Positions 12,959 to 25,308 of a stretch of DNA of 64,000 nucleotides are shown here, one piece after another (positions within the stretch are counted from its first letter, which is position 1; each line of letters starts with the position of its first letter). The translations under genes and the position numbers were made by a program. The notes below the pieces were generated by a model that saw only the letters and a list, made by a program, of their open reading frames with translations, had not been told where the DNA came from and searched no databases. This DNA is from the human T2T-CHM13v2.0 reference genome, Homo sapiens, in NCBI RefSeq assembly GCF_009914755.1, contig NC_060925.1; one strand, given 5' to 3'.

Positions 12959-13277
12959 TTATTTTTATTTGATTATTTATTTATTTATTTGTTTTTTGAG
13001 ACAGGCTTGCTGTGTCACCCAGGTTGGAGAGGAGTAGCACAATCATGGCTCACTGTACCCCTAATCTCCTGGGCTCAAGTAATGCTCCTGCCTCAGACTC
13101 CCTAGTAACTAGGACATAAGTGTGTGCCACCACACCTAGCTAATTTTTAAAATTTCTACTAGAGAGGAGGTCTTACTATGTTGCTCAGGTTGGCGCTGAA
13201 TTCCTGAGCTTAAGTGATCCTCCTGCTTCAGCCCCCTAAAGTTCTGGGATTACAGGCATGAGCCACTGCACCCAGCT
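12959..13277 (-). mobile_element. AluJ
   Basis: Antisense dimer with J diagnostics (ATCATGGCTCACTG, CTCCTGGGCTCAAG, GTGATCCTCCTG) and a (TTTA)n tail. Confidence 0.92.
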
Positions 13278-13533
13278 TATCCTATTATTTTTAAAAGGTA
13301 CAGATTAGGTTGCTGGTGAGACCTTGCTTAATTTAAATTCTTTGGAAATATATCCTTCCCTAGCACGGAGTCTGGAGATAGGCAAATATATTAATGGAAA
13401 GACAAGAGTGTTAAATAACCCCAAACTTAGTGCTCCTCAAATAACCTTGTGAAAAAGGGATACTCAGCCACTCTCTGCTCCTTTCTTAGTCAGATGCTCC
13501 TTACGTTAGCCTCATGATATAACTTTCTTGGGC

Positions 13534-14150
13534 TGTATTAGTTTTCTATTGATGCTGTACCAATTACCTCAAATTTAGCAGCAGAAAACAGCATCCATTT
13601 ATTATCTCACAGTTCTGTAGCTCAGAGGTTCAGGCACAGCACCTGAAACTGCTTTGAATCTCACAAGGTTGAAATAAAGATGCCAGCATCTGGGGATGAG
13701 CTGACTTCCAGGCTCACTCAAGATTTTGGCCAGATTCAGTTCCATGCCATTGTAGGACTGAATGATTTATTTCCTTGTTAGCTGTTGGTCCAGAGTTGTT
13801 CTAGTTTCTGGAGAGCACTTGCGTTCTCTGATGCACACCCCTAGCAACAGAAGTTGGAGTTCTTTTCATCCTTTATCTCTCCATGACCTTCCTTTCTTCC
13901 TCAACGCTCCTCTGCCTACGTCTTCTGTCACATCTCTCTGACTGAGTCTTCTGTCTCAGTTTCTGCTTTTAAGGATTTATGTGATTGCATTGGAGTTACG
14001 CAGATAATCCAAGATAGCCTCTCTATTTTAAGGACAGCTGATTAGTAACCCTAATACCATCTCTTCACAGTGGTACCTATACTAATGTTTGATTGAATAG
14101 CCAGAGTGTGGAACTCTTGGGGAGATATCTTTAGAAGTCTGCCTACCTTA
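13534..14150 (-). mobile_element. MaLR LTR (MLT1E-like)
   Basis: TGTATTAGTTTTCTATTG...CATTTATTATCTCACAGTTCTGTAG start; GATAATCCAAGATAGCCTCTCTATTTTAAGG; TCTGCCTACC end. Confidence 0.8.
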
Positions 14151-15646
14151 TGGTTTTTAGGCATATCTGGGTACCAAATAATTACTCAGAAAACTTCCTT
14201 AAACCTTTTCATATGGTAGTAAAGTCTGGTAGGTTCTCTGGTATAAAAAATCTACTCCCTAGAAAAGAAAATTCTATCAGCAAGGGTAGTTCTCCTGACC
14301 AGATGTTGAAGATAAGGATAGAACTTTATACCTTTCTTCCTTCAGGACCTCACACAGTGCCCCATGTCCAGTAGACAGTCCATGGATGTTTATTGCTGCT
14401 GCTGCTATTCTGGCTGCTGATGAACAAAATAGGCCCAGGTCGCTTATGCTTCAAGCAGATTATGAGGCCCTGTGCCACGTGTAGCAGAGTCTTTATAAAT
14501 AGACTGTTTCACTTAGTTCAGAGAAATGACCACCACAAAATGGTCCAAAACCTTCCCCCATTCTGTCATTCAGCATCAGCTTTGCTGAGGAATGGGGTGA
14601 AGATATTTGCATGTTGTTTATTAGCAGAAAACCTGAAAGTGTAATGTTTTCTGAAATTAATAACAAAAAATTTAGGTGCATTCTAGTGGGAAGACTCTTT
14701 TCTTCCCCACCCATATTTCTCTGAGCCCATATGAAAAGGAAGTCCCATTTATCCTTCCATCCTTTCTAGGGAGTTCCTGAGAGGGGGTTTCTGTGTTTCT
14801 TTTGATCACTTGCATGGTATTCTCTAAGGGAGGAGGAGTAGTTAACCTGATGGGTAACACTCTGTTATCCCCTAGGTTGAGTCCAGTGTCCTAGAAGGTA
14901 TGGTTTGCTTTAAAAGCAGGAACAGACTTCACACTCTCTTTCCTGCACTGACCATAGCATGGAGAGGTAAGGACAGTGTACTCTCAGCTCTTCTTCCTTT
15001 TGTAGAAGAGTTGCAGCTGGCTCAGGTTGGAGCGGGCCTGGAGGTGCCTTACTCTGCTGGGCTTTCTTGGCCTTTCTGTCCAACTGTTGATAAGCCTGTG
15101 GGGCAGCTAGTTGGGTAAAAACTCATGTCATCTTCTTGGTAGGCCATATACTCCCCAACTCTGGATTTAGGAAAGCTCTATTTTGGCTTCAGCTATAAGC
15201 TGAGTGTTTTAGCAGGGAGCTCTGTACTACAGGAATTATTGAGTTTTTATTAATATATATTTACTCTCCTTTTAGCTCACTGTGGATTTACTCAATAGTT
15301 AGTTACAACCCAGAGAAGAGTTGGGGAAAGTGATTAGGCCCATCTTAGTTCCAGCATTATGAATATTCCTATAATCTTAGGGTAACAAGTAGGACATTTC
15401 TGGAGCATGGCAGTAAATTCAGAATCCATAGAGGAAAGGATGACTAGATTTGATTACCATATTAGCTAGACAGTTAATATTCTTAATATTAAAATCATCC
15501 TCAAAATGATACAAAATTATGAAATCCTCAAATAAAAAATGGTCACAGGATATATATTGGTAATTCATTAAAGAAGAAATAGGTAAAGAAAAATAGCCTC
15601 TTCTTTTCACTGTCATTATGGTATCCCTAGATGATCTCATCTAGTC

Positions 15647-15713
15647 TTTTTTTAATTTTAATTTTTGTGAGTACATAGTAAGTATATATATTTATGGAGT
15701 ACACAAAATGTTT
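15647..15713 (-). mobile_element. L1MA extreme 3' end stub
   Basis: T-rich tail then TTTGTGAGTACATAGTAAGTATATATATTTATGGAGTACA. Confidence 0.7.
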
Positions 15714-16164
15714 CTCAATTAGGCTTGTGGCTTAATACTATCTACAGGCTGATTCCCAAATTTTTATCTCCAGTTCTGATCTCTCCTTAGAGTTTCAAAT
15801 TAATGTATCCATCTTCTCATTGACACCTCTTCTGCAATGGCAAGCAGTCATTTTAAACTTACCATGTCTAAAACAAAGCTGTTGATTTCTCAACCTCTCT
15901 GCCCTCCCCTCAAACCTTCCTTCCTTTTCATTGCCCCCACATAGAATCTATCAGCAAGCCCTACCTTCCATATTTCTTCATTCTGTTTTATTTATTCTTT
16001 CTTTTCTGGAACTAAACTAGTCCCTAGTTCAAACTACCAACTCTCTCTACTTCTACCCTCATTTCTTCCAACCCATTCTTATCATAGTAGCATTCAGAAA
16101 ACATAAGTCCAATATTTTTATCCCCTGTTTAAAACCTTTCAGTGACTTTCCGCTTCTTACAGAG

Positions 16165-16393
16165 CAGTGATTGCAAAACAAAGGCAGTTTTACCTCCAGG
16201 TAACATTTAGCAATGTCTAGAAACATTTTTGTTTGTCACAATGGAGTTAGGGGAAGGAGCAAGGTCTCCTACAGGCGTCCAGTGGGTAAAGGCCAAGGAT
16301 GCCACCAAACATCCTACAATGCATAGTACAACCTCCAACACCAAAGCATTTTGCAATCTAAAATGTCAATAGTGCTGAGGTTGAGGAAGTCTG
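16165..16393 (+). mobile_element. MER20 (hAT-Charlie MITE)
   Basis: CAG...CTG ends; ACATTTAGCAATGTCTAGAAACATTTTTG, GGCCAAGGATGC, AAACATCCTACAATGCA, AAAATGTCAATAGTGCTGAGGTTGAG. Confidence 0.9.
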
Positions 16394-16640
16394 ATATAAA
16401 ATCCAAGTTCCTTATTTTGGGCTATAAAGCCATTTAGAATCTGTCCTGCCAACTTCTCAACCTCAACTTCTGTCACCTTTCTTTTCTTTTTCTCTTCCTT
16501 CTTTGCAAAGGCCTTTCTTCCTTAGAGCATGCCAGGCTGGTCTCTGTCTCTGGGCATTTGACTTTGCTATCACATCTCTCTAATGTTTTTCAATAGTACT
16601 TTTCACCATCAATAAGTTTCTTTTTGCTTTGTTTATATGT

Positions 16641-17024
16641 TGTATTAGTTTGCTGAGGTTGCCATAAAATACAACAAAAAGAGTGGCTTAAACAACAGGA
16701 ATTTATTTTCTAACTCTTCTGGATTCCAGAAGTCTGAGATCAAGGTGTTGGCAGGGTTGGGTTTTTTTAAGGCCTCTCTCCTTGACTTGTAGGTGGTTGT
16801 CTTCTCCCTGTGTCTTCACACTATCTTCCTTCTGTACCTGAGTCCAAATTTTCTCTTCTTATAGGGACATCAGAGATACTGGATAAGAGACCCCCTAGTG
16901 GCTTCATTTTAACTTAGTTACTTCTTTAAAACCTGTCTCCAAATATACTCACCTTTTGAGACACTGGGAGTTAGGACCTACACATATGAATTTCGTAGTG
17001 GGGGTCACAATTCAGCTCATGACT
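16641..17024 (-). mobile_element. MaLR solo LTR (MLT1B-like)
   Basis: TGTATTAGTTTGCTGAGGTTGCCATAA...GTGGCTTAAACAACAG...CATATGAATTT...CACAATTCAGC. Confidence 0.88.
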
Positions 17025-17184
17025 CGTGTATATCGTTTATGTTTTCCCTGCTAAAATATAAGTGCCATGGTGGAGGAGACCTTATGTCTCTTGTCTGATA
17101 CTATATCCAAAGCACTTAAGTTGATAGCTGATATAGAGTTAGTACTCAATAAGCTTTTGCTCAATAAATGAATAGACTTGGTTA

Positions 17185-18400
17185 GTGATGGTAATTATAG
17201 GATTTGTTACTGATCACATGTGAAAGCAAGGCAGAGAAAAAGTCTTCGATGATTCCCAGGTTTGTAGTTTAGAAGATTGAATGGCCGGTGTTACCCTTAA
17301 ACATGATAGGAAACACAAGAAAAAATCAGAATTTGGGGGAAAAGTTTTAGATATGCTGGGTGAGAAATACTGGGAATATATTCAGGTGGAAAAATTAAAA
17401 AAACCTGTAGATATATGGCCTGGAATGGAATGAAGAGATCTTGGTCAAACACATAGATCTGGGGATCATCAATTTATAGCAAGTAGTAAAATCTGGATAG
17501 CAGATGAGATTATTCAAAAAGAACATGCATAGGAAGAGGCCTAGTATAGAAGCAAGGAAAACACTAATGTTTAAAGATTGAGTGGGGAAAGCAAAGTTTG
17601 GTTGAGAAGTGTTAGGAGGCAGGAGCAAAGCAAGAGTTAAGGAATCATAGTATCAAAGGGGAAAAGATATTGAATGGAATGATCACCTATATCAAGGGAT
17701 AAAGTATTTCTCAAAGACTGTTCCAAGGAATAACTCTTCCATGATTTACTGTTTTGGAAAACTGGTCAACTTAGTGAGATAAATGCTGAAGTCTACATAC
17801 TTCTCTTGCAGAATCCCCCAAAACATTAGCATAATAATGTCTCTGAGAAGTCTTGCTATACAGACAACATAGATTTTAATTTCCAAATTAAAGTTTCCAA
17901 AGCTCATGGTCTGGGCACATATCTCTTCCTTTTCCCCCTACATAACAACTGTTAATAATAGTACAGGGAACTGGATCCCAAGGAACACTGTGAAACAATG
18001 CTATTGCATAAACGATTAGGTAACCATTAAGAGGATTCCTTTGGATTTGACAATTACGGGCCTTGTCTGAGTGGTTTCCATAGAGTTGTGGGGTCTTAAG
18101 GGTGAATAGGGAGGGGCAGAATTAAAGCAGTAGGCATAATCTGCTCCTTCTATAAGGTTGATCTCAAAGAGAAGGAAAAGATAGGGCAGTGTCTAGGGTG
18201 GATGGTTGTGTAAGGTTATATAATGTTTTAATGGAAAGGATATGACGACTAGGTTTATAGATAGTAGAGAGATTGAGGAATAGTAGCAAGAAGAGTTCAA
18301 AAATCAATAATCAATAGTAGAACAAGGTATACAAGGAGAAGGGAGAAACTAAGATCAATAAAAGGTTCTTTCCTTTTCTGGAGGAGACTAGAGAAAAGGA
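17185..18400 (-). mobile_element. L2 fragment split by MER103
   Basis: GATGATTCCCAGGTTT, GAAGAGATCTTGG...ATAGATCTGGGGATCATCA, TTTGGATTTGACAA, AAAGAGAAGGAAAAGATAGGGCAGT. Confidence 0.65.
17702..18003. mobile_element. MER103-type hAT MITE
   Basis: AGTATTTCTCAAAG...TGTTCCAAGGAA, ACATTAGCATAATAATGTCTCTGAGAAGTC, GGAACACTGTGAAACAATGCT match recalled MER103C. Confidence 0.7.
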
Positions 18401-19024
18401 AAGGAGAGGCTGCAGTGGTAGACATAGGGTAAGAGGTGGAAGCCCATGATAGGCTTCAATTTCTCAGACAAGAACATGTGCTCAGAGTTTGTCTTTGGTG
18501 CTGAAACAAAAGGTGCCCTCCCCTTCTTTCCCCTCCACCCAAAAAAGGTCATGTATGATCTCGCTCACGTAAAAATCCTTTCCAAATGTTATGATTATTA
18601 CTGCTGTGGTCAGGGCATCACCTCTTTTTTGTACTCCTATATAGGCATCATTGTTCTGACCTTCAATTATCTAGTTTCCTTCAGGTCTCTGCTTCTGGAG
18701 CAGAGATTTATTTTATGCATTTCTGTTTCCTACTACCTTTTACAGAGTGGAGTGTTGTAAACATTGTGGAATGATTAGTGAGTCACAGGCAGCATCCCAA
18801 TCTGTCCTCAATTGAGAATTCAATGAATTTGCCTTATTTTAAATTGAAGAATCCTAGTACCAGGGTGTAGCTACACAATTCAGTTCTGTACACTTTCAGT
18901 TCTGTACACTTTCTATGTAAATCTTACATAGAAATTTGTCCTGACCTTACTTCTCTACACTCAGTTTTCATGATCCATGCCCAACTCAGTTGATTTTTAT
19001 CCCAGATTGCTCTACCTGGTTGTC

Positions 19025-19112
19025 CCAAAGTGTGTTATCTTTGTATGTAAAGGATTTATCAGAGTGCAAGACACAATGCAAACTTAACAAATGGTAGTTG
19101 TTATTATTACCA
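19025..19112 (+). mobile_element. MIR 3' fragment
   Basis: GTATGTAAAGGATTTATCAGAGTGCAAGACACA...CTTAACAAATGGTAGTTGTTATTATTA. Confidence 0.55.
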
Positions 19113-19474
19113 TTATAATAGATTCAACTAAACCAAGGAAAGCTACATTACCAAAGTTGCAGTTTTATATTTCTCAATTATCTACATAGTCTTCTATGTC
19201 CTGCCCTTTCTGTCCACATTTTCTTTAATATTTTTCCCTTATGAACTATTTAGTCATTTTTATGCCACTGTCTTGTTAACACCAAATCTCTTATTTGTAT
19301 TTATTTACTTACCTAATATACATATTTATATTTTGATGGTTTCCCTACCCAGTATTTATCTTATCTTTCATTTTTCTTTATTTCAGGCAATCCAAAATAT
19401 CATTCTTTTATTCATTTCTCCCCCAATCATCAGTTACCAATAAGCCTGAAAGCCATCACTGTAAAATTTCCATG

Positions 19475-19625
19475 TATACAACAATGCTTATTTGTTGGGC
19501 ACTTACTGTGTACTACTTACTCCTCCTGGTATTGAAGACAAAAGCACAGTAAATTTTTAAAAAGCCACCATCTATATGGAGCTCATAGTCTAATGAAATA
19601 CATAGACAATGTACAATTAACAATT
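19475..19625 (-). mobile_element. L2 3' fragment
   Basis: ATTTGTTGGGCACTTACTGTGT...ATGGAGCTCATAGTCTAATG. Confidence 0.55.
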
Positions 19626-20164
19626 AGATAACTAATGAACTTGTAAACATTAGGTTCTTAGGTGGGTCACCAGACAGTAGAAAACTAACTTATAAGGAAT
19701 GTGTGGCTTGGGCAGAAAATATTCCTGGAATAAAGAAAGTATAGGCAAGCTGTATTTGAAATTCCAGACTAGCGAAGTAAAGGAAGGTTATTAGGTAATG
19801 TAGTACACTAAATCTATCAGGATCCACAATGGAAAGATCAAAATGTGATTAACTAGGCAACGTGTGGATGATGGTGGGTGGTTGTTAGAGTTATGACCAT
19901 TTTGGTTAATTCCATCACTATTGCTTGAAAGTAGCCTTACTTAAGAGTTGTTGCGGATAACTCACTAGGGATCAGAGCTTGTTTTGTTGGGGTGTCAGGA
20001 GCAGTGTAAGGCATTCATAAAACATACTTTATGATTTGGATCTTCTGTTTACATTTGTAAAGAGATGGGCATTTGCCATTGTGCAGATGAAGGCAGCTCA
20101 CTCCCTAATGGATTCCAGAACCTCACCCTATTTCAGTAGATAAAGTCTATTGGTAAAATTATTA

Positions 20165-20800
20165 GTTCAATTATGGAGATGCCGAACTTTTGGTGTTTAT
20201 GGAATCTTCAGTAAGAAATAGCTACTTAGCACTTTGATATGTAGAACTAGAGTTTCAGGGGGGATTGAGAGTTTCAAGGGGGGAATCTCGGCTGGAGAAA
20301 GAATATTTGGTATTGTCTTACCCAATGGAAATGAATGAGATTGCTCAAAAAGGTGTACTGCATTTTACAATGTTTAGAGTAGATTCCAGGTAGGGAAAGA
20401 AGTGACAGTAGAAAGGCGCTAACTGAGAGAAAGTTGAGAGGGTCATTGGATGACAGATCTGGTTAAGACAAAGAGTTGGCATAAGGAGAGTAACTGAGTG
20501 AGGGAAATTTAAGAGTGAAAAGTAAAAGTTTGTATTCAGAGAGTGGGGTGACTGAATTTAATCTTTTAAATCTGGAACTATTCTAGGTAAAACAGTTTTG
20601 GGCATGTCTGGGGGTGACTGAAAGTGAGGAAAGTCCTCTGGAAAGGATTGTTAGGGAGGGCACAAGAGTGGAATTACAGAGCAGTGATCGTGATGAAGGT
20701 ACAAAAGAGATTAAACCAGGGAGGGGCTTAGGTGTCAGAAGACAAGTGAAGATACCAGAAGTGTGAGGCATGGTGAGCTATGGAATTGAGAAGACAACTG
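20165..20800 (-). mobile_element. Degenerate L2 fragment
   Basis: GAACTAGAGTTTCAGGGG...GGCTGGAGA, ATGAATGAGATTGCTCA; purine-rich antisense L2 texture. Confidence 0.4.
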
Positions 20801-21509
20801 GCCCCAGCTTTCCCCTGGAGAGATGACTATGGCGAAAGGCACTTAGGTTCATCTAGAGCCAGTCATAGCCTGGACGGAATATTGGTTGTTGAGGATGTGG
20901 CAATGCAGATCTCTGTGGGTCTTCATTGCATTGGTTCTGGGGTCAAAGTTGTTGGTGTTAGACTTTGTACTAGGACTGCTGCATGGACTCCAGGAGTTGT
21001 ACACAGTGCAATTTAATTGAATCCATATTAGCTGTTACCATTGAGGCCCTTCAAGTATGTCATCCCATGGGGCTTTTTACAAGCTCAGACTGGGGTTGGG
21101 GAGCAGGGCTATATCAGTTTCTGGATGCCCTATGGAGTGGATGGAGATAAGGAGTTGAAAATGGAGAATGATAACTATTTGGTCCATCATGCGTTGAGTT
21201 GGAGGATTGAGCAGAGAGTGAATCCGTACCAGGGATGAAGTCAGAGCCAGGTGAGGGACCAGAAGTCACTTCCAAAATTACTAAAACAAGGAGGTAAAAT
21301 TAGAGGATTAGAAATCACATGTTTCTCAGATATAAGATAGAATGGCTAGATATGGAGTGGGTAAAAACAAGGTATAGTTATTAGGGTGAAAGTAAAGAGG
21401 GGTCTGGTTATATGTTATATAGTATATGGTTGGTTTGGTATTAACAGTATGCCTTCTGTTTTGCAGAAGGCATACAATTAAAAAACAAGGCATGGCTACA
21501 TTGGACAAT

Positions 21510-21648
21510 TAACTCTTGGCAGCTTGTAACAAGTAAGATGGTCTTGAACAGTCTCTTTTATCTATCGCAGTCTGTCTTCTCATCTGTAAAAATTAAGCTA
21601 TTGGCTTGGGTCATCTCTGAAGTTTCCAATAGCTCTGTGATTCTGTAT
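21510..21648 (+). mobile_element. MIR3/MIRc SINE
   Basis: CAGTCTGTCTTCTCATCTGTAAAA...ATCTCTGAAGTTTCCAATAGCTCTGTGATTCTGT. Confidence 0.7.
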
Positions 21649-22703
21649 CATTTATTTTGTCTTATTCAGGTCCCAACTATCCTCCAACAACCCCTAGGAT
21701 TCCCTCTAGGGCCCCAAATTACACTGAAGAGGTCCACTGCCTTCAGGCAAGGCCAGCTCTATTTTCTTCCTAACATTTTGGGTTCAAGTAACTGCAGAGA
21801 TTTGGGGAGAAATAATACATGTCCTTCTGGAAAGTGAATGACCTAATCTCTCTGGAACAGAACGTGACTTTGTTGTTTATGTTTTGTTTCATTTTTGTTA
21901 CCAGGCAATCAATATGGGGCCTGTTGGAATGATATGTGCCAGCTGGGATTTCTGCCTCATCACACTGCCAGAGAGAAGAGTGTGAAGCCCGCTTGGAGAA
22001 GAGGAGGAGGCTGAAAAGAAGGCAAAGAGTGAAGATAGAGAAACAAGATGGAAGTGGGGGAGAAAAACAGGGATGAGAGAATGCCATGGTGGTGCTGAGA
22101 AGGAAAGGAGAGACTTTTCTGCTTGTAAAGGGCAGAAGATGGCAGAATCCAGTGACGCAGGGGCATCTGGCTCCAGAAATAATAGGTCACTTGGCACCCA
22201 CTTCTTCAAAACAGTGAGCTTCATGAACATTCTTATTTATTTGACGTGGATATTGCATGCCTGGTAGATGTGTTCCACAAGAAATTCTTGGTGGGAGTCA
22301 ACCTAATCACAGTGAAGGAATAGTCTTTGAGAGAAGGGCTTTACTTACTTGACAGCTATCTGCTTTTATTTGAGAAGCTAAGATGGGAGGATTCGGATTA
22401 CGTATTGCCAGTTGCATTCTTTGTTTCTCTTTTGAAATATGAGAATTGACTCGGACTGTGCAAACTATTTTCTTCTCATTTCTTTATTACCACATATTTA
22501 ACGTGTGTCAACAAGCTGACTCTTAATTGGCTGGCTCAAGTACAGCGACAGGATTCTATAGGAAGGGGGAGCAAAGCCATAAGCAAACTTAAACATTTCT
22601 TGATGCCATTATAGCTCTCAATGGCCATCTTATACTAATGCCTATTTCTCTACATCACACACACACACACCCGCCCCCACATTCAGCACTTTATATTATA
22701 AAG

Positions 22704-22740
22704 TGGCAAAAACCACAATTACTTTTGCACCAACCTAATA
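22704..22740. mobile_element. Half MADE1 / solo Hsmar1 terminal inverted repeat
   Basis: TGGCAAAAACCACAATTACTTTTGCACCAACCTAA followed by the TA target dinucleotide; partner arm absent. Confidence 0.9.
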
Positions 22741-24443
22741 GTAACTCACTACATGTAAGGAGATTGTGGAGATGCAAACTTCTCTTCCCTTTACCTTACT
22801 GGCTTCTTTCTAATAAGCTGAACTTGGGTGTGAGGGTAGTCAGAGAGAGGCAAGGTTACTCTAATTTTCCATTTGCAGGATATCTATGTTTGAAAGAAGA
22901 CAATTCAAATGCTGGCTTTACCCATGCAGCGACAAACAATTTTTACTCTTACTTTTATGGGCTTCAGAGAGGCTACACAATCTCTCAGAAGTCCCTGCTG
23001 ACTGTGATTTTTAAAGGAATGTTATTTTGGAAGTGAAGTGACTGAGAAGTAACTATAATCTTCAGGGGTAGAGAAACAGAAAAGATATGAGGTTGGCATA
23101 ATAGTCTTGGGAAGATAGAATAAGACAAAGAAGAGCTTATAGAGAGCTGAACTCAGGTTGGATCTTTTATCTGATAACATTTTAAATATTCAGTGTTATT
23201 CTCTATCATTACAAATAGCCAGAAAATAATTTTGTTTTCATAAGGAAGTGATTTAAAAAGGAAGAATTTAGGGAAAAAATTACAAGAAATGATTCTCAGT
23301 GAGGGTTGGCTACTTGAAAGTTATCAAAGTAGGCTTCAGAAAGCTTAACTGTCATGTATCCATCAAAGAGTGAGAGGAATTAATGAATTCTACATGAATT
23401 CAGTATGTTCTACAAACATAGGAAGATCTAAATTTAGTGTTGTATGAATATTTTTTCATTTAAGAATTGTTACCAGTTACCTCATGATTGGTACACTGGG
23501 TTAAGCATTAAAAGATCTGAAATTGGGAGGAAGAAAGAAAGAGAGTAATGTATCTGGAGCCATGACAAAGAAAGTTTTTAAAACAATTGCTTATTTATCC
23601 TTAATTCATCGTAATAACCATTACTGTTCTCAAACCTAAAAAAAAATCACTTCTGCCATTTTGCTTCCTCTTCGACCTTTTATCTTCCTTTTCTTGTACT
23701 CATATGTAAAATATTTCTGTGACAACTTGAGTAGTAGTTAATCTGCTTATGCCATTCTGGACAGACACAAAGAGATGGTGTCCCCATGTGTGGGAATTAC
23801 TCCCAGTGCAGCGGGAATGAAATTAAACTACAATCTCAAGTCCTCTGAAGAAGTCCCTGAAGAGTACAGCCCCTGGTTAAAATCCATGTGTGAATTTTCA
23901 GGCCTGACCATAGGCAATTACAATGGCTTTACCTGGCAGGCCTCGTGGGGAAATCTGCCTTTCCCTCACCAGACTTTATAGCCAATGCACTGCAGCCTCA
24001 GGAGAGAGTGGCAGTCAAGGACTCAGGTCCCCCAGCCAATCATGCTCTTTCACATATTTACCTTCGTAACCCAGGAACCTTCATTCCAAGGTCTCTGACA
24101 CCTCCGACAGAGACCTTCTTCAGGTTCCTCTGCTGAAACCTTCTTATGCAGGAGGAGGGAAAAACCTTGAAGACATGTTTCCACATTCTGACCCAATACT
24201 CAGGAATTTTCCCCACCCCTAGCCCTTCTCCTCTTCTCTCCCCAGCACTCCTCTTCTCATATCTATGATGATCCATCTGACTCTTAATTGGTGTGCCTTT
24301 CTTTTGGGAAAAATGGAACAGGGGGAGTCAGTGCCTCCGCCAGTTTTAGCCTCTTGCTTATGCCATTGCAGCATGTGATTAAAAGCTGAATCCTGTCATT
24401 TTTACTGGTTGTTTTAATAGGCTGCGCTGATACCTGGCCACTC

Positions 24444-24445
<2 letters not shown>

Positions 24446-24502
<57 letters not shown>
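24446..24502. repeat. (CT)~28 microsatellite
   Basis: Uninterrupted CT run. Confidence 0.97.
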
Positions 24503-24504
<2 letters not shown>

Positions 24505-24505
<1 letters not shown>

Positions 24506-24690
24506 TGAGTTCCTGACAGTCCCAGCTTTGCCTCTTACTGGTTGTGTGACCTTAGGCAAATCATTTAATGTTTCTCAGCTTCATTTTATCATATGTAAAT
24601 TTAGGACAATAATACTCGATGAAGTTCTTATGTGGATTATATGAGGTGCTTGTGAAAAATACCTTACCTGGTAAATTGCGACTCAATTCT
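24505..24690 (+). mobile_element. MIR SINE
   Basis: TCCCAGCTTTGCCTCTTACTGGTTGTGTGACCTTAGGCAAATCATTTAA core. Confidence 0.85.
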
Positions 24691-25308
24691 TAATCAGAAA
24701 CAGAAACAGAAACAGTGGGTCACTAACCTAGGGTCCTCTAGGGAGAACTTGCACTTACATATTTTCCTGCAATGCCTTGGATTACATCATATGGCAAAGT
24801 CCTTTTATGTGTAAATGCCAGCTGTGAGGGTAATCACTTGTTAGTGTCTGTTTGCTTTCTTTGTTACCATTTTCTGGTTAATTCTGGAAGGAAAAATTTT
24901 TTGTCTTCTTGTCAGTATTTTTCTTTTATTTTGATGCTTTTTGTCAGATATGTTTCCCCCTAAGAGCTGACATTGATGTTGTATGGTGCATATGTTAATG
25001 TGGCAATGAGATATTGCAGTGAGATTACAGCTCCACAAGGGGGTACATAAATGACAGTCTCCAAACAGAAACCAGCATAGCTGCCAAAAAGGAAAGCTTC
25101 AAGATTCTCGGCTTCATTTTTCAGTTATGTTATTAGAATAAACACGTTCTCTAATGGCAGAAGGTACCTCAGATAAGGATCTATAGGTGATGTAGGATAT
25201 CACTCAGCTACTCACAGACCTAAACAAGGCAACATTTCCCAAGATTATAATTTATCTGTGAAAGGTACTAGAAATGACTATATTTATCGCCCCATATCAT
25301 CCCTTACA

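Larger units (their letters stand above)
15615..17175 (+). mobile_element. L2 element interrupted by an L1 stub, MER20 and MLT1B
   Basis: TCCCTAGATGATCTCATCTAGTC, CCCAAATTTTTATCTCCAG, TAAAACCTTTCAGTGACTT, and the 3' end GTACTCAATAAG...AATAAATGAAT. Confidence 0.75.

Noticed and set aside
5317-17024. MLT1B-like LTRs at 5317 (+) and 16641 (-) as ends of one element
   Set aside because: Opposite orientation, and the first has its own TSD, so they are independent solo LTRs.
24284-24559. ORF with poly-ER repeat
   Set aside because: Translation of the (GA)n microsatellite plus MIR.
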